From an uncultured Anaeromyxobacteraceae bacterium (GTDB lineage: Bacteria > Myxococcota_A > UBA9042 > DTJE01): DNA of 64,000 nucleotides. The position numbers and the translations under genes were made by a program. Below the pieces are notes generated by a model. That model searched no databases. It saw only the letters and a list, made by a program, of their open reading frames with translations, and was not told the DNA's origin. This document shows positions 49,400-63,307 of the stretch, in pieces; position 1 is the first letter of the stretch, and the number at the start of each line of letters is the position of its first letter. The stretch is from the NCBI GenBank assembly GCA_964573455.1, contig CAZNJW010000001.1, positions 13,096-77,095 on the forward strand, read 5' to 3'.

Positions 49400-52300
49400 T
49401 CAGAGGTTCTGGACGGACGGATTCTCGGGGGTGCCACCATCAAGGATCTGGATCTCAACCTTGTTGACCAGTGCCGGATAACCGGTTCCAGCCGGGATGA
49501 GGCGACCCATGATGATGTTTTCCTTGAGGCCGCGCAGCCTGTCTTCCTTGCCGGAGATGGCGGCTTCCGTGAGGACGCGCGTGGTCTCCTGGAAGGAGGC
49601 GGCGGACAGGAACGATTCGACATGCAGCGACGCCTTGGTGATGCCGAGCAGGATCGGTTCGCCGACGGCCGGTGCCTTGTCTTCATCGAAAAGCCTGTTG
49701 TTCTCTTCTTCGAATGCCCAGCGGTCAACATGCTCGTCAACCAGGAACCTGGAGTCGCCGGCCTCGGTGATCTTCACCCAGCGCAGCATCTGGCGGACGA
49801 TGACCTCGATGTGTTTATCGTGAATTCTGACCGACTGCAGACGATAAACTTCCTGGACCTCGTCGACCAGGTACTTCGCCAGCGCCTGAATCGAAAGAAC
49901 CCTGAGGATGTCGTGCGGATTCGACGCGCCGTCCATCAACGGATCGCCGGCACGGACTTCGTCGCCTTCGCGCAGGCTGACGTACTTTCCCTTCGGGATC
50001 AGGTACTCGATCTTCTCTCCGACTTCCGGGGTGATGACGATCTTGCGCTTGCCCTTCGTCGCCTTTCCGAACGAAACGATACCGTCAATCTCGGAGATGA
50101 TGGCATGTTCCTTTGGCTTACGGGCCTCGAAGAGTTCGGCGACACGGGGCAGACCGCCCGTGATGTCCTTCATCTTGGTCGTTTCCTTGGGAACCCTGGC
50201 GATGACGTCGCCGGGGAATATCTCGTCACCCTCGGAAACCGTGATGTTGGCGCCGACCGGCAGCAGGTACTTCGCCTCGAGGTTCCTGCCCGGGATCACC
50301 TTCGTCTTGCCCTTCTTGTCCTTTACCATGATGCACGGACGGGCATCGACGTCCTTGGACTCGATCAGGACCTTGCGGGACATACCGGTGACCTCGTCGG
50401 TCAATTCCTTGACCGTGACGCCCTCGATGATGTCCTCGAACCGGATGACGCCGTCGACCTCGGTAAGGATCGGGTTCGACCACGGATCCCACGAGGCCAG
50501 TGTCGCGCCGCCCTGTACCACCTGCGCATCACGCACACGCAGAACTGAACCGTACGGCACCGGGTACTTTTCACGCTCGCGGCCCTGCTCATCCAGTATC
50601 GCGATCTCGCCGTTGCGGTTCATCACGACCAGTTCGCCGTTACGACGCTCGATCGTGTTGAGGTCATTGAACTTGACCGTACCGGCCTTGCGGGACTCCA
50701 GAGAACTCTGCTCGGAGACGCGGGCCGTACCACCGATATGGAACGTACGCATCGTGAGCTGGGTTCCCGGCTCGCCGATCGACTGGGCGGCCATGATGCC
50801 GACCGCCTCGCCGATGTTGACCAGCCTGCCCCTTGCCAGGTCGCGCCCGTAGCACAGCGCGCAGCAGCCAATCTTGGTGCGGCACGTCAGGACCGAACGG
50901 ACCTGAACCTTCTCGATACCGGCGTCGATGATATCCTTCGCCTGCTCTTCCTCGATCTCCTCGTTCGCATGAACGATCACATGGTCCGGGTTGTACGGAT
51001 CCACGATATCGTCGATGGCGACGCGGCCGATGATTCGATCGTAGAGAGGCTCGCGGATTTCGCCGCCGTGGACCAGGGCCGAGACCTCGACCGAGTCCAG
51101 GGTTCCGCAATCGTATTCGGAAACGACCAGGTCCTGCGCCACATCGACCAGTCGCCTGGTCAGGTAACCGGCGTTTGCCGTCTTGAGCGCTGTATCGGCC
51201 AGACCCTTACGGGCACCGTGCGTGGAGATAAAGTACTCGAGAACCGACAGTCCCTCGCGGAAGTTGGCGATAATCGGAGTCTCCATGATCTCGCCGGACG
51301 GTTTCGCCATCAGGCCTCGCATGCCAGCGAGCTGCCGCATCTGCATCGCGGAGCCTCGGGCACCGGAATCGGCCATGATGAAGATCGGGTTCATCGACGG
51401 AACCTTCTTCATCTCGCCGTCGATCTCGACGACATCCGTCGAAATACCGTCCATCATCTTCTTCGCGACTTCGTCGGCCGCGCCGGACCAGCAGTCGATC
51501 ACCTTGTTGGTTTTCTCGCCGTCGGTGATCGAACCTTCCTGGTACTGGTTCTCGATGTCGGCAATCTTGGTCCGGGCCTTGTTGATAATCTCGTCCTTCT
51601 CGGCCGGGATAACCATGTCGTCCGCGCCGATGGAAATGCCCGCGCGGGTCGCCTGAGTGTATCCCCAGGTACGAATCTGGTCGGCCAGGATGACCGTGTC
51701 CTTGGAACCGCAGTTTCGGTAGGTCTCGTCGATCAGGTTCGACAGGGCCTTCTTGTCCATGACTCGGTTGTAGAGACGGAACGGGATGGACTCGGGAACG
51801 ATCTCCTTGAGCAGGGTTCGACCGACCGTCGTCTCGATCATCTCGCCGTCGATGCGAACCTTGATCTTCGCCTGGATCTCGATGTCGGCGGCGTCGTACG
51901 CCACGCGGACTTCCTCGGGGCTGCAGAAAACCCTGCCCTCGCCGCGGGCGCCGGGACGTTCGCGGGTCGTGTAGTACATGCCCAGAACGATGTCCTGAGA
52001 CGGGGTGATGACGGAACGTCCATCAGCCGGCTTCAGGATGTTGTTCGAAGACATCATCAGGACGCGCGCTTCCATCTGCGACTCGAGCGACAGAGGCAGG
52101 TGAACCGCCATCTGGTCACCGTCGAAGTCGGCGTTGTAGGCGGCACAGACCAGCGGGTGAAGCTGCAGGGCCTTGCCCTCGATCAGTACCGGCTCGAACG
52201 CCTGCATGCCGAGGCGGTGCAGGGTCGGTGCGCGGTTGAGCAGGACCGGGTGTTCCTTGGATACTTCCTCGAGAATGTCCCAGACCACCGGGTTTTCTTC

Positions 52301-53503
52301 TTCGACCATCTTTTTGGCGGTCTTGATCGTCTGCGCGTAGCCGCGTTCTTCAAGCTTGTTGAAGATGAACGGCTTAAACAGCTCCAGCGCCATCTTCTTC
52401 GGAAGTCCGCACTGGTGAAGCTTCAGTTCCGGACCGACGGTGATGACCGAACGGCCGGAGTAGTCGACGCGCTTTCCGAGCAGGTTCTGGCGGAACCGGC
52501 CCTGCTTTCCTTTCAGCATGTCGGACAGGGACTTCAGCGGACGACGGTTCGTGCCGGTGATCACCTTGCCGCGGCGGCCGTTATCGAACAGGGCGTCCAC
52601 CGCCTCCTGGAGCATGCGCTTCTCGTTCCGGATGATGATCTCCGGGGCGTTCAGCTCCATCAGCTTCTTCAGGCGGTTGTTCCGGTTGATTACGCGACGG
52701 TAGAGATCGTTAAGGTCCGATGTCGCGAAACGGCCACCGTCAAGGGGCACCAGGGGGCGCAGGTCGGGCGGAAGGACCGGCAGATTCTTCAGGATCATCC
52801 ACTCGGGCCTGTTGCCGGAATCGCGCAGCGCCTCCACGACCTTCAGACGCTTGGAGAGCTTCTTAAGCTTCGCGTCGGAATTCGACTCGCGAACCTCGGC
52901 TCGAATCTTGTCCGCCTCGGTGTCGACATCGATCCGCTCGAGGAGGGTGCGGATGGCCTCGGCGCCCATACCGGCCGTGAAAGCGCCGTCGCCGTACTTC
53001 TCAAGAAGTTCCTCGTACTTTTCCTCGGAGATGACCTGGGTGACCTCGAGTTCGTCAACCACGCCCGGGTCGATCACGACGTATGCGACGCAGTAAAGAA
53101 CCTTCTCGAGGTCCTTGAGCGTAATGTCGAGAACGTTGCCGATGCGGCTGGGAATGCTCTTCAGGAACCAGATGTGGGCCACCGGCGAAGCGAGTGTGAT
53201 GTGACCCATCCTCTCGCGCCGAACCTTGCTCTGGATCACCTCGACGCCACACTTCTCACACACGACGCCACGATGCTTCAGGCGCTTGTAACGGCCGCAA
53301 TTGCATTCGTAGTCCTTTACGGGCCCGAATATCTTGGCGCAGAACAGGCCGTCGCGCTCAGGCTTGAACGTGCGGTAGTTGATCGTCTCGGGCTTCTTGA
53401 CCTCGCCGTAGGACCACCCGAGGATGGTCTTCGGTGAAGCAAGCGACACCCGCATGCCTTCGACCAGGAGCGGATCCCTTGGCCTCTCGAAAACGGTGAA
53501 CAT
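49400..53503 (-). CDS. rpoC: DNA-directed RNA polymerase subunit beta'
   Basis: NADFDGDQM active site, zinc-finger Cys, length ~1370 aa. Confidence 0.97.
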   Translation of the reverse strand: MFTVFERPRDPLLVEGMRVSLASPKTILGWSYGEVKKPETINYRTFKPERDGLFCAKIFGPVKDYECNCGRYKRLKHRGVVCEKCGVEVIQSKVRRERMGHITLASPVAHIWFLKSIPSRIGNVLDITLKDLEKVLYCVAYVVIDPGVVDELEVTQVISEEKYEELLEKYGDGAFTAGMGAEAIRTLLERIDVDTEADKIRAEVRESNSDAKLKKLSKRLKVVEALRDSGNRPEWMILKNLPVLPPDLRPLVPLDGGRFATSDLNDLYRRVINRNNRLKKLMELNAPEIIIRNEKRMLQEAVDALFDNGRRGKVITGTNRRPLKSLSDMLKGKQGRFRQNLLGKRVDYSGRSVITVGPELKLHQCGLPKKMALELFKPFIFNKLEERGYAQTIKTAKKMVEEENPVVWDILEEVSKEHPVLLNRAPTLHRLGMQAFEPVLIEGKALQLHPLVCAAYNADFDGDQMAVHLPLSLESQMEARVLMMSSNNILKPADGRSVITPSQDIVLGMYYTTRERPGARGEGRVFCSPEEVRVAYDAADIEIQAKIKVRIDGEMIETTVGRTLLKEIVPESIPFRLYNRVMDKKALSNLIDETYRNCGSKDTVILADQIRTWGYTQATRAGISIGADDMVIPAEKDEIINKARTKIADIENQYQEGSITDGEKTNKVIDCWSGAADEVAKKMMDGISTDVVEIDGEMKKVPSMNPIFIMADSGARGSAMQMRQLAGMRGLMAKPSGEIMETPIIANFREGLSVLEYFISTHGARKGLADTALKTANAGYLTRRLVDVAQDLVVSEYDCGTLDSVEVSALVHGGEIREPLYDRIIGRVAIDDIVDPYNPDHVIVHANEEIEEEQAKDIIDAGIEKVQVRSVLTCRTKIGCCALCYGRDLARGRLVNIGEAVGIMAAQSIGEPGTQLTMRTFHIGGTARVSEQSSLESRKAGTVKFNDLNTIERRNGELVVMNRNGEIAILDEQGREREKYPVPYGSVLRVRDAQVVQGGATLASWDPWSNPILTEVDGVIRFEDIIEGVTVKELTDEVTGMSRKVLIESKDVDARPCIMVKDKKGKTKVIPGRNLEAKYLLPVGANITVSEGDEIFPGDVIARVPKETTKMKDITGGLPRVAELFEARKPKEHAIISEIDGIVSFGKATKGKRKIVITPEVGEKIEYLIPKGKYVSLREGDEVRAGDPLMDGASNPHDILRVLSIQALAKYLVDEVQEVYRLQSVRIHDKHIEVIVRQMLRWVKITEAGDSRFLVDEHVDRWAFEEENNRLFDEDKAPAVGEPILLGITKASLHVESFLSAASFQETTRVLTEAAISGKEDRLRGLKENIIMGRLIPAGTGYPALVNKVEIQILDGGTPENPSVQNL

Positions 53504-53553
53504 GTCCTTCACGGCCACCCCCAAATACAAGCATCAACAACGATGCCGTGGAG

Positions 53554-56500
53554 CTAGATCTGTGCCTCGTCCGCCTCAATAAGCTGGGCGTCGATAGCAA
53601 GGGACTTCAACTCCTTCAACAGGACGTTGAAGACCTCGGGAAGCCCGGCGTGTACGTTGTACTCACCCTTCACGATCGAATCGTACGTGGCGGTACGGCC
53701 CGCGACGTCGTCGGACTTGACCGTGAGCACTTCCTGCAGCGAGTAGGCTGCACCGTAAGCCTCGAAGGCCCACACTTCCATCTCGCCGATACGCTGACCG
53801 CCGAACTGCGCCTTGCCGCCGAGCGGCTGCTGCGTGACAAGCGAGTACGGACCGGTGGAACGCGCATGCATCTTCTCGTCGACCAGGTGGTGCAGCTTCA
53901 TCACGTACATGACGCCAACCGTCACCTCGGAATCGAACGCTTCGCCGGTTCTTCCGTCGAACAGCGTCGTCTTGCCGTGTGTGGCGAGTCCGGCCTCTTC
54001 GAGCCACAGCTTGATCTCGGCCTCGTTCGCGCCGTCGAAAACAGGCGAACCGACCGGGATGCCCGTGGTCGTGTACTGCTTCGCGAAATCGATCACCTCG
54101 CCGTCCTCGAGCTCCTCGATGATCTTCTTCATAGTCGGAGTGGTGAACAGCTTCAGGAACTTTTCGCGCAGCGCCTTGACACCGCCCTTGTCGACCAGCT
54201 CGGCGATCTTGGAGCTCATCTCGCGCGCGGCCCATCCCAGGTGGGATTCCAGAATCTGTCCGACGTTCATTCGGGAAGGAACGCCGAGCGGGTTCAGAAC
54301 CACGTCGACCGGACGACCGTCGGCCAGGTAGGGCATGTCCTCGACCGGCAGAATCCGGGAGAGAACACCCTTGTTACCATGGCGGCCGGCCAGCTTGTCG
54401 CCTGGCTGGATCTTGCGCTTGATAGCGACATAAACCTTGATGGTCTTGATGACGCCGGGGGGCAGCTCGTCCCCGCGCTTCATCCTGGCGACTTTGTCCG
54501 CAAATTTCTGCGAAATCAGAGCCTTCTGGGACTCCATCGCTTCAATCAGCTGATGAACGCGGTGTTCGGTCGCGTCATCCGTCAGGCGGATCTGCGACAA
54601 AGCATCGATGGCGAGGTTCGCCATGTCGGCAGCCTTCAGCTTCGCGTTCTTCTTCAGGATCACATCGCCGTTGCGGTTCGTGACGGGTGCCGCGACCGTG
54701 CAGCCTTCGAGCAGCGCAACAAGGCGCTCCCGCATGGCACGGGTCATGACGCGCAGTTCGTCGTCGCGATCCTTGTTCATCGCGGCTTCTTCAGCGTCCT
54801 CGAGTTCGCGCGTCCGGTCGTCCTTTTCGGCGCCCTTGCGCGAGAACACCTTGGCGCCGACCACGATGCCGGTGACACCCGGCGGGACACGCAGCGACGA
54901 ATCCTTAACGTCGGCAGCCTTCTCGCCGAAAATCGCGCGCAGAAGCTTTTCTTCCGGTGAAAGCTGCGTCTCGCCCTTCGGGGTAATCTTGCCGACCAGG
55001 ATGTCGCCGGTCGTAACCTCGGCGCCGATTCGCACGATACCGCTGGAGTCCAGGTTCGCCAGCGCCTCTTCCGAGACGTTCGGGATGTCCTGGGTAATCT
55101 CCTCGCGACCAAGTTTGGTGTCGCGGGACACGCACTCGAACTCCTCGATGTGGATGGATGTGAAATAGTCCTGCTGGACCATCCTTTCCGACATCAGGAT
55201 CGAGTCTTCGAAGTTGTATCCGCCCCACGGCATGAACGCGACAACCACGTTCTGTCCGAGCGCCAGTTCACCCTGCTGGGTGGCCGAACCGTCGGCCAGA
55301 ACCTGGCCCCTGGCGATCTTCTGACCCTTGTGGACCAGCGGCTTCTGGTTGATGCAGGTATTCTGGTTCGACCTGCGGTACTTCGTCAGCGTGTAGATAT
55401 CCGGAACGAGCGTGTCTCCGTCGATGTCCTCGCCGGTACGCCGGATGACGATGCGGTTCGCGTCGATGGACTCGACCACGCCTTCGTGTTTCGCGTAGAT
55501 CAGGACGCCCGAATCACGCGCCACGACCCATTCCAGGCCGGTGCCGACGGTCGGAAGCTCCGCCCTTACGAGCGGAACGCCCTGACGCATCATGTTGGCG
55601 CCCATCAGAGCGCGGTTCGCGTCGTCGTGTTCCAGGAACGGAACGAGAGCCGCCGCGACCGACACGAGCTGGGCCGGGGAAACGTCGATAAGGGTCACTT
55701 CGTCCGGGGGGACGGCAGGGTATTCCTCGTTGCGACGAGCCTGAACCAGGTCGCCGAGCAGGAAACCGCTCTCGTCGACCGGGACGTCGGCCTGGGCGAT
55801 CGTCTCGTCCTCTTCTTCCATCGCGGTCATGTAAATGACTTCATCGGTGACCCTGCGGTCGACGACCTTCCGATAGGGCGTCTCGATGAAACCGAAATCA
55901 TTGACGCGCGCATAGGTGGAAAGAGACGAGATCAGACCGATGTTCGGTCCTTCCGGCGTCTCGATCGGGCACACTCGACCGTAGTGGGTCGCGTGAACGT
56001 CTCGAACCTCGAATCCCGCGCGATCCCTGGTGAGACCGCCCGGTCCGAGCGCCGACAGACGACGCTTGTTCGTGATCTCGGACAGCGGGTTGGTCTGATC
56101 CATGAACTGGGAAAGCTGCGACGCGCCGAAGTATTCCTTCAACACGGCGGAAACCGGCTTCGCGTTCACCAGGTCGTGAGGCATCAGCGTGGCGAGATCG
56201 GGCGAGGAGCCCATCTTCTCGTGGATCGCCTTCGCCATCCTGACCATGCCGATGCGGAACTGATTTTCCATCAGTTCGCCGACGGCGCGGACGCGACGGT
56301 TCGAAAGCTGATCGATGTCGTCGACCCTGGCCCCGGGCTTGCTCATCCTGAGATCGAGCAGGTACTGGACCACGTTGAAGAAGTCCTCGCGAAGCAGAGT
56401 CGTCTGATCCAGCGGGATCTTCTGGTCGAACTTGAAGTTCATCTTCAGGCGTCCGACGGCCGAAAGGTCGTAGCGGGCACTGCTGAAGAAAAGGCTGTTG

Positions 56501-57687
56501 AAATAGGCGCGCGCCTGCTCGGGGCTGGTCGGGTCGCCCGGCCTCTGGCGCCGGTAGATCTCGACTGCCGCGTCGAGCGGATTCTCGACCTTGTCGGCCA
56601 GCAGAGTGTTGCGCAGATACGGACCAGCGGTAACGCCGTCGATGTGCAGAATGCGAATCTCGCGTTCCTGTCCGCCATCGCGCAGTTTGGCCAGCATCTT
56701 CTCGGTGATCTCGTCGTTGCACTCGAAGATGATCTCGCCGGTTTCCTCGTCGACGATATCGTCACCGAGCACGGAACCGACCAGGTCTTCATCCGACATC
56801 ACCAGCTCGGTGATTCCCGCCTCGATGACCTTCTTGATGCGCATCCGGCCAAGCTTGTCGCCCTTGCGAATGATCACCTTTCCGGTCGCTGGATCGACGA
56901 TGTCAACCTTCAGGCGCTGGCCCTCGAGTGTGTTCGGATCCATGGCGAGGATGATCTTGCCGTCCCTGGTCAGCCTCACGGACACGGTGCTGTAGAAGCG
57001 CTCGAGGATCTCGTTGCGGGTGAAGCCCAGTGCCTTCAGAAGCACTGTGGCATGAACCTTCCGTTTGCGGTCGATCCTGACCCACATGATATCCTTGTGG
57101 TCGAACTCGAAGTCGACCCAGGACCCGCGGTTCGGGATGATCCTGGCGGAATACAGCAGCTTGCCGGATGCGTGCGTGCGGCCCTTGTCGTTCTCGAAGA
57201 AAACGCCGGGCGAACGGTGGAGCTGGCTGACGACTACCCGCTCCGCTCCGTTGATGATGAACGTGCCCTGCTCGGTCATCAGCGGAATTTCGCCGAAGTA
57301 GACTTCCTGCTCCTTGATCGCGCGGACTTCACGGACCGCGGTCTCGGGCTCGACGTCCCACATGACCAGCTGGACAGTTACCCTCATCGGCGCCGCGAAG
57401 GTGATGCCGCGCTGGCGACACTCCTCGACGTCATACTTGGGCTCGTCCAGGACGTATCCCTTGTACTCCAGCGACGCGGTCTTGTTGTAATCCGTTATCG
57501 GGAAGATGCTCTTGAAGATGCCGTGCAGTCCGAAGTCGCCGCGCTTTTCGTTTGGCGTGTCGGCCTGGAGGAAACGCTCGTAGGAATCCTTCTGCACCCT
57601 GATCAGGTCAGGCACCACAGTGGCTTCAAGAATCCTGGCGAAGCTGCAGCGGGTTTTCAGCCCTTTGGGTTTCGTGGTAACACTCAT
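53554..57687 (-). CDS. rpoB: DNA-directed RNA polymerase subunit beta
   Basis: Conserved rpoB blocks throughout, 1377 aa, immediately upstream of rpoC. Confidence 0.97.
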   Translation of the reverse strand: MSVTTKPKGLKTRCSFARILEATVVPDLIRVQKDSYERFLQADTPNEKRGDFGLHGIFKSIFPITDYNKTASLEYKGYVLDEPKYDVEECRQRGITFAAPMRVTVQLVMWDVEPETAVREVRAIKEQEVYFGEIPLMTEQGTFIINGAERVVVSQLHRSPGVFFENDKGRTHASGKLLYSARIIPNRGSWVDFEFDHKDIMWVRIDRKRKVHATVLLKALGFTRNEILERFYSTVSVRLTRDGKIILAMDPNTLEGQRLKVDIVDPATGKVIIRKGDKLGRMRIKKVIEAGITELVMSDEDLVGSVLGDDIVDEETGEIIFECNDEITEKMLAKLRDGGQEREIRILHIDGVTAGPYLRNTLLADKVENPLDAAVEIYRRQRPGDPTSPEQARAYFNSLFFSSARYDLSAVGRLKMNFKFDQKIPLDQTTLLREDFFNVVQYLLDLRMSKPGARVDDIDQLSNRRVRAVGELMENQFRIGMVRMAKAIHEKMGSSPDLATLMPHDLVNAKPVSAVLKEYFGASQLSQFMDQTNPLSEITNKRRLSALGPGGLTRDRAGFEVRDVHATHYGRVCPIETPEGPNIGLISSLSTYARVNDFGFIETPYRKVVDRRVTDEVIYMTAMEEEDETIAQADVPVDESGFLLGDLVQARRNEEYPAVPPDEVTLIDVSPAQLVSVAAALVPFLEHDDANRALMGANMMRQGVPLVRAELPTVGTGLEWVVARDSGVLIYAKHEGVVESIDANRIVIRRTGEDIDGDTLVPDIYTLTKYRRSNQNTCINQKPLVHKGQKIARGQVLADGSATQQGELALGQNVVVAFMPWGGYNFEDSILMSERMVQQDYFTSIHIEEFECVSRDTKLGREEITQDIPNVSEEALANLDSSGIVRIGAEVTTGDILVGKITPKGETQLSPEEKLLRAIFGEKAADVKDSSLRVPPGVTGIVVGAKVFSRKGAEKDDRTRELEDAEEAAMNKDRDDELRVMTRAMRERLVALLEGCTVAAPVTNRNGDVILKKNAKLKAADMANLAIDALSQIRLTDDATEHRVHQLIEAMESQKALISQKFADKVARMKRGDELPPGVIKTIKVYVAIKRKIQPGDKLAGRHGNKGVLSRILPVEDMPYLADGRPVDVVLNPLGVPSRMNVGQILESHLGWAAREMSSKIAELVDKGGVKALREKFLKLFTTPTMKKIIEELEDGEVIDFAKQYTTTGIPVGSPVFDGANEAEIKLWLEEAGLATHGKTTLFDGRTGEAFDSEVTVGVMYVMKLHHLVDEKMHARSTGPYSLVTQQPLGGKAQFGGQRIGEMEVWAFEAYGAAYSLQEVLTVKSDDVAGRTATYDSIVKGEYNVHAGLPEVFNVLLKELKSLAIDAQLIEADEAQI

Positions 57688-57848
57688 CCTGGCCTTCCAC
57701 CTTGTGAAGATTTAACGATCACCTGCGGGAACGGCGGGTGCCGCACCCACGCGCCGCAAGCCCGTAAAGGCATACGGCAATGGGCCGGACACCACGCCGA
57801 GACCCCCGGCGGGTGCCGACCCATCTAAAAACTGTATCGCCGTCCGAA

Positions 57849-58235
57849 CTACTTAATCTCGATCTGGGCACCAGCGGCTTCAAGCTTCTTCTTGATGTCT
57901 TCCGCTTCTTCCTTCGTGGCGCCTTCCTTGACGGTCTTCGGAGCGCCTTCGACGAATTCCTTGGCTTCCTTCAGGCCCAGGCCGGCGACGACCGTGCGGA
58001 TTTCCTTGATAACGCCGATCTTCTTGTCGGCTTCAAAGCCCTTGAGGATGACGTCAAACTCGGTCTTCTCTTCGACCGGGGCGGCGGCGGCGGCGGCCGG
58101 CATGGCGGCGACGGCAACCGGAGCGGCGGCGGTAACGCCCCACTTCTCTTCCAGGACCTTCGTGAGGTCGGCCAGCTCGAGAACCGTCAATCCGCTCAGA
58201 AACTCAACAACCTGTTCCTTCGTGATGTCTGCCAT
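57849..58235 (-). CDS. rplL: 50S ribosomal protein L7/L12
   Basis: Ala-rich hinge plus conserved C-terminal domain. 128 aa. Confidence 0.95.
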   Translation of the reverse strand: MADITKEQVVEFLSGLTVLELADLTKVLEEKWGVTAAAPVAVAAMPAAAAAAPVEEKTEFDVILKGFEADKKIGVIKEIRTVVAGLGLKEAKEFVEGAPKTVKEGATKEEAEDIKKKLEAAGAQIEIK

Positions 58236-58296
58236 TTTGAAAACTCCTTTTCGTGGTCCGCCGCTTCAACGCGGCAACATTCCAAAAACCTGCCTG

Positions 58297-58827
58297 TTAT
58301 GCGTCGGCGTTCGAACCGAGCTGGCGCTCGCGCGCAGCCAGCACACCGACCATGTCCCTGCCGGGCGCCTGGAATATTCCCAGGAGCTTCTGCGGGACGC
58401 CAACCAGGGTACCCAGAAAGGCACCCCTCAGGACCTCAATCGGCGGCAACTCGGACAGGGCCTTCAACTGGGCCTCGTCCATGTTCTTGTCGCCAAGGCT
58501 CCCACCGACTACTGCAATACTCTTGCGCCCCTTCACGAACTCGACGACGGCCTTGGCCATTCCGGCCGGATCCTTCGTCGTGTATGCCACGGTCAGAGGT
58601 CCCTTCAGGGTCTTGTAGATGCTCTCGTACGGCGTGCCTTTGATGGCGCGCAGCAGGAGAGTGTTCTTGAAGACCTTGAGTCTCGCGCCGGACACGCGCA
58701 GCGCCCTGCGAAACTCGGTTACCTCGCCGACCGTAAGGCCGTTCTGGGAGAGCATCACCGTAGCCAGCGCGGAATCCATGAGGCCCTTGAGTTCCTCGAC
58801 ACTGCTTTTCTTCTGCTCAAGGTTCAT
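58297..58827 (-). CDS. rplJ: 50S ribosomal protein L10
   Basis: Conserved L10 sequence, 176 aa, operon context. Confidence 0.93.
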   Translation of the reverse strand: MNLEQKKSSVEELKGLMDSALATVMLSQNGLTVGEVTEFRRALRVSGARLKVFKNTLLLRAIKGTPYESIYKTLKGPLTVAYTTKDPAGMAKAVVEFVKGRKSIAVVGGSLGDKNMDEAQLKALSELPPIEVLRGAFLGTLVGVPQKLLGIFQAPGRDMVGVLAARERQLGSNADA

Positions 58828-58988
58828 GTCATTACTCCCGTCGCTTTGACTCCGATTCTGCAGCTACCCGAGGCAGGTTAGAGGAACGATCATCGCCGCT
58901 CCTTCCTTGACTTTGCCTCCGTCGGCTTTACCCGTCTCCGGAACCGACTTCTCGGGCAGCGGACAATTCAGCCCGAAGGCCGAAACGA

Positions 58989-59696
58989 TCACTTCTTGAA
59001 CACCGCTTCTACGTCTGCCGGATCGACGCGCATGCCAGGGCCCATCGTCGTCGACAACGAGATCGACTTGATGTAAACGCCCTTGACCGTCGACGGCTTC
59101 GCCTTGATCAGCGATTCAAGCACCGCCAGGAAGTTCTGACGGAGCTGATCCGCGGTAAACGACCTGCGTCCCACGGATGCGTGAACGACGCCGGCCTTGT
59201 CCACGCGAAACTCGACCTTTCCGGCCTTGGACTCGCGAACTGCGGTCGCCACGTCCATCGTGACGGTACCGACCTTCGGGTTAGGCATCAGACCGCGGGG
59301 ACCGAGAATCTTTCCCAGTCGGCCGACCACGCCCATCATGTTCGGGGTGGCGATTGCCTTGTCAAAGTCGGTCCAGCCACCAAGGATCTTTTCCGCCAGG
59401 TCCTCGGCGCCGACAAAATCGGCTCCGGCCTCGCGCGCCTCGGCTTCCTTGTCGCCCTTGGCGAACACGACGACCCTGGTCTCCTTGCCGGAACCGGCCG
59501 GGAGCACGACGGCGCCACGGACCATCTGATCCGCGTGCCTCGGGTTGACGTTCAGCCTGACGGCGATGTCAACCGACTCGTTGAACTTCGCGTAGCCGCT
59601 CTTCAGGACGAGTTCCAGCGCCGCCTGAAGGGGGAGCTTCACCGTCTTGTCGATGTTCGCGGCAAGCGCGCGATACTGCTTTCCATGCTTTGCCAT
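58989..59696 (-). CDS. rplA: 50S ribosomal protein L1
   Basis: Conserved L1 sequence, 235 aa. Confidence 0.95.
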   Translation of the reverse strand: MAKHGKQYRALAANIDKTVKLPLQAALELVLKSGYAKFNESVDIAVRLNVNPRHADQMVRGAVVLPAGSGKETRVVVFAKGDKEAEAREAGADFVGAEDLAEKILGGWTDFDKAIATPNMMGVVGRLGKILGPRGLMPNPKVGTVTMDVATAVRESKAGKVEFRVDKAGVVHASVGRRSFTADQLRQNFLAVLESLIKAKPSTVKGVYIKSISLSTTMGPGMRVDPADVEAVFKK

Positions 59697-59724
59697 CTCT
59701 CGACCTCGCCTTTACACGTCGACA

Positions 59725-60150
59725 TCAGTCAACGACGTCAACGCCCATGCTCCGCGCCGTGCCCGCAACGATGGCAGCCGCCCCTTCCTCATCCTTCGCG
59801 TTGAGGTCAGGCATCTTGTTCTTTGCGATTTCGGCAACTTGAGCCTTGGTGATCTTCCCAACTTTGTCCCGGTTTGCGCGTCCCGAACCCTTCTTGATTC
59901 CGGCAGCCTTCATGATCTGCTCGGACGTCGGGGGCGTCTTCGTAACGAAAGTGAACGAACGATCCGAATACACCGTTATCACAACGGGGATCGTCGATCC
60001 TTCCATCTTCTGGGTCCTGGCGTTAAAGGCCTTGCAGAACTCCATGATGTTCGCACCGGCCTGGCCGAGAGCAGGACCCACCGGGGGCTGCGGGGTGGCT
60101 TTGCCCCCCGGGATGTGCAGCTTTACCTGGCCGACAACCTTCTTGCCCAT
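59725..60150 (-). CDS. rplK: 50S ribosomal protein L11
   Basis: [30 protein letters not shown]. Confidence 0.96.
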   Translation of the reverse strand: MGKKVVGQVKLHIPGGKATPQPPVGPALGQAGANIMEFCKAFNARTQKMEGSTIPVVITVYSDRSFTFVTKTPPTSEQIMKAAGIKKGSGRANRDKVGKITKAQVAEIAKNKMPDLNAKDEEGAAAIVAGTARSMGVDVVD

Positions 60151-60191
60151 GTCCTTTCTCCTGATTCGGCGCCGCAGCGCCTCCCACCAAA

Positions 60192-60728
60192 CTAAGCCCG
60201 TTCCACCTGGTCAAAATCGAGCTCGACCGGAGTTGCCCTGCCGAAGATCGTGACCAGAACGCGAAGCTTCCGCTTTTCCGCCTTGACCTCTTCCACCATG
60301 CCCGTGAAGTTGACGAAAGGTCCTTCCTTGATGCGGACCGAGATGCCCTCTTCGAACTGGACATCCGCGACCTGCTGGACAGGGCCTTCGTTCATCTGGC
60401 GCTTGATGGAATCGACTTCTCGCTCGGAAAGCGGCCGTGGTCCTTTGTCATTTCCCACAAAACCCGACACCGACGGCCGGTGGCGGATGAAGTGGTGCGT
60501 GTCTTCCGTCAGATCCATCTCAATGAGAATGTAGCCTGGGAAGAACTTGCGTCTGCCGCCCCGGCGCTTTGGTTCGCCAGGAGGGGGCGGCGGCTCCATC
60601 GGGACGATAATCCCGCCGATCTTTGAGCTTAGTGACTCGTCTTCGTGCCGAAGTGCTTCCTCGATGTCGGCCTTGACCTTCTGCTCATGACCCGAGAACG
60701 TATGTACTACGTACCATTTCATCGGCAC
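60192..60728 (-). CDS. nusG: Transcription termination/antitermination factor NusG
   Basis: [19 protein letters not shown] and KOW domains. 178 aa. Confidence 0.93.
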   Translation of the reverse strand: MPMKWYVVHTFSGHEQKVKADIEEALRHEDESLSSKIGGIIVPMEPPPPPGEPKRRGGRRKFFPGYILIEMDLTEDTHHFIRHRPSVSGFVGNDKGPRPLSEREVDSIKRQMNEGPVQQVADVQFEEGISVRIKEGPFVNFTGMVEEVKAEKRKLRVLVTIFGRATPVELDFDQVERA

Positions 60729-60755
60729 ACCGTTTGCTGAATCATTCCAGATTCA

Positions 60756-61184
60756 TCAGATTCCGTAGATCAGACCCATCAGCGAGCCGACCACCAGATC
60801 GAAAAGACCGAGGATGCCCGCAACCACGATGGCGACCACGAAGACGACAATCGTCGAAGTCCTGGTCTCGGGCCACTTCGGCCATGTCACGTTGCGGAGT
60901 TCCGCAGCAATCTCGAGACCGTACTTGTAAACAGTTTCGTTTCGCCACAGCAGCACGGTCGTGATGACACCGCAGGCAATCCCCAGGAGGTCGCTGATGG
61001 TGAATCCGGCGCCGATGATCGGCCGATCCCAGTCCGGGAACGTCCAACCGAACACGGCTCCAAAGAAACCAGCAAGCACCACCCAAACGAGGATGCCGCC
61101 AATGATCATCGACATGCGGACTATCTTATCCACGTCGGAACTCCTAAACGTCCACGGCCGTCTTTCGGCATCAACCGCCGACAT
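60756..61184 (-). CDS. secE: Preprotein translocase subunit SecE (3-TM form)
   Basis: C-terminal NVTWPKWPETRTSTIVVFVVAIV... matches the SecE signature. Start chosen below tRNA-Trp. Confidence 0.8.
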   Translation of the reverse strand: MSAVDAERRPWTFRSSDVDKIVRMSMIIGGILVWVVLAGFFGAVFGWTFPDWDRPIIGAGFTISDLLGIACGVITTVLLWRNETVYKYGLEIAAELRNVTWPKWPETRTSTIVVFVVAIVVAGILGLFDLVVGSLMGLIYGI

Positions 61185-61198
61185 CGGCCAAAGTGCGG

Positions 61199-61271
61199 CA
61201 GGGCAGGAGGGACTCGAACCCCCAGCATGCGGTTTTGGAGACCGCCGCTCTACCATTAGAGCTACTGCCCT
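61199..61271 (-). tRNA. tRNA-Trp (anticodon CCA)
   Basis: Cloverleaf AGGGCAGTAGCTCTAATGGTAGAGC...CTCCAAAAC...GGTTCGAGTCCC. Canonical position between rpmG and secE. Confidence 0.85.
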
Positions 61272-61361
61272 TTTGAGCACGGCCGAAGGCCCCGGCCACC
61301 CTGGCCATGGTCAGGGCACGAAACCTTCGGCGCGCCCGTTCAAAGATCAACCGACCCGGTC

Positions 61362-61544
61362 CTACTTTACTTCCTTGAAGGTCGTATGCTTGCGCTCGAA
61401 CTTGCAGTACTTGCTGAGCTCGAGGCGGGCCGTGGTCGTCTTCTTGTTCTTGGTCGTCACATACCGCGCGACGCCTGGGATGCCGCTCTTGCGACAGGAC
61501 TGGCATTCAAGCTGGATGTTGATCCTGTTTTCCTTCTTAGCCAT
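61362..61544 (-). CDS. rpmG: 50S ribosomal protein L33
   Basis: MAKKENRINIQLECQSCRKSG... Confidence 0.9.
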   Translation of the reverse strand: MAKKENRINIQLECQSCRKSGIPGVARYVTTKNKKTTTARLELSKYCKFERKHTTFKEVK

Positions 61545-61562
61545 ACGACACGTCCGTTGCAC

Positions 61563-61590
61563 GCGGCCCCCGGGTCGAAGCCCGGGGGCC
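61563..61590 (-). other. GC-rich hairpin between tuf and rpmG (attenuator/partial-terminator-like)
   Basis: GGCCCCCGGG-TCGAAG-CCCGGGGGCC inverted repeat. No clear U-tract. Confidence 0.3.
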
Positions 61591-61606
61591 GGTGCTGCAA
61601 CTCACA

Positions 61607-62797
<1,191 letters not shown>

Positions 62798-62878
62798 GTC
62801 CGTCCCTCCCAGGGTGCGTCAAAACTGAAACATTGATCCGCGCCGTCCGGCGGCACCAGCACTACCGGAACAATCCAG

Positions 62879-62950
62879 AGCCATCGAGCAGAATCGAACT
62901 GCCGACCCCCTCCTTACCAAGGAGGTGCTCTACCCCTGAGCTACGATGGC
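62879..62950 (-). tRNA. tRNA-Thr (anticodon GGT)
   Basis: GCCATCGTAGCTCAGGGGTAGAGC...TTGGTAA...GGTTCGATTCTGC. CCA not encoded. Confidence 0.8.
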
Positions 62951-62990
62951 ACACACGCAAAAACCAAAAGAACAACGGTACGGGCCTACT

Positions 62991-63066
62991 TGGAGCGGGA
63001 AGCGGGACTCGAACCCGTGACCTGAAGCTTGGAAGGCTCCTGCTCTACCAACTGAGCTATTCCCGC
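62991..63066 (-). tRNA. tRNA-Gly (anticodon TCC)
   Basis: GCGGGAATAGCTCAGTTGGTAGAGC...CTTCCAA...GGTTCGAGTCCCGC. CCA encoded. Confidence 0.85.
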
Positions 63067-63122
63067 AGATCTTCCAGATCTGAGACCACAACGTTTCAAA
63101 AAGCGCCCGAACCGGAAACTCG

Positions 63123-63206
63123 GTGGTGGGGGGAGGATTTGAACCTCCGAAGCCGTACGACAACAGATTTACAGTCTGCCCCCTTTGACCACTCGGGAAC
63201 CCCACC
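63123..63206 (-). tRNA. tRNA-Tyr (anticodon GTA), long variable arm
   Basis: GGTGGGGTTCCCGAGTGGTCAAAGGG...CTGTAAATC...variable arm...GGTTCAAATCC. ~84 nt. Confidence 0.85.
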
Positions 63207-63233
63207 GAAAAAAAGTCAATCCGCTCAAAGGAC

Positions 63234-63307
63234 GGAGCTGGCGATGGGACTCGAACCCGCGACCTGCTGATTACAAGTCAGCTGCTCTACCTGTTGAGCT
63301 ACGCCAG
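63234..63307 (-). tRNA. tRNA-Thr (anticodon TGT)
   Basis: GCTGGCGTAGCTCAACAGGTAGAGC...CTTGTAATC...GGTTCGAGTCCCATC. Confidence 0.85.

Noticed and set aside
49497-57828. Long plus-strand ORFs (899, 470, 892 aa and others) antisense to rpoC/rpoB
   Set aside because: Low-complexity Arg/Ala/Gly-rich translations typical of antisense frames in high-GC DNA. They fully overlap highly conserved RNAP genes.
62833-63270. 145-aa ORF overlapping the tRNA cluster
   Set aside because: Entirely covered by four tRNA genes (Thr, Gly, Tyr, Thr).
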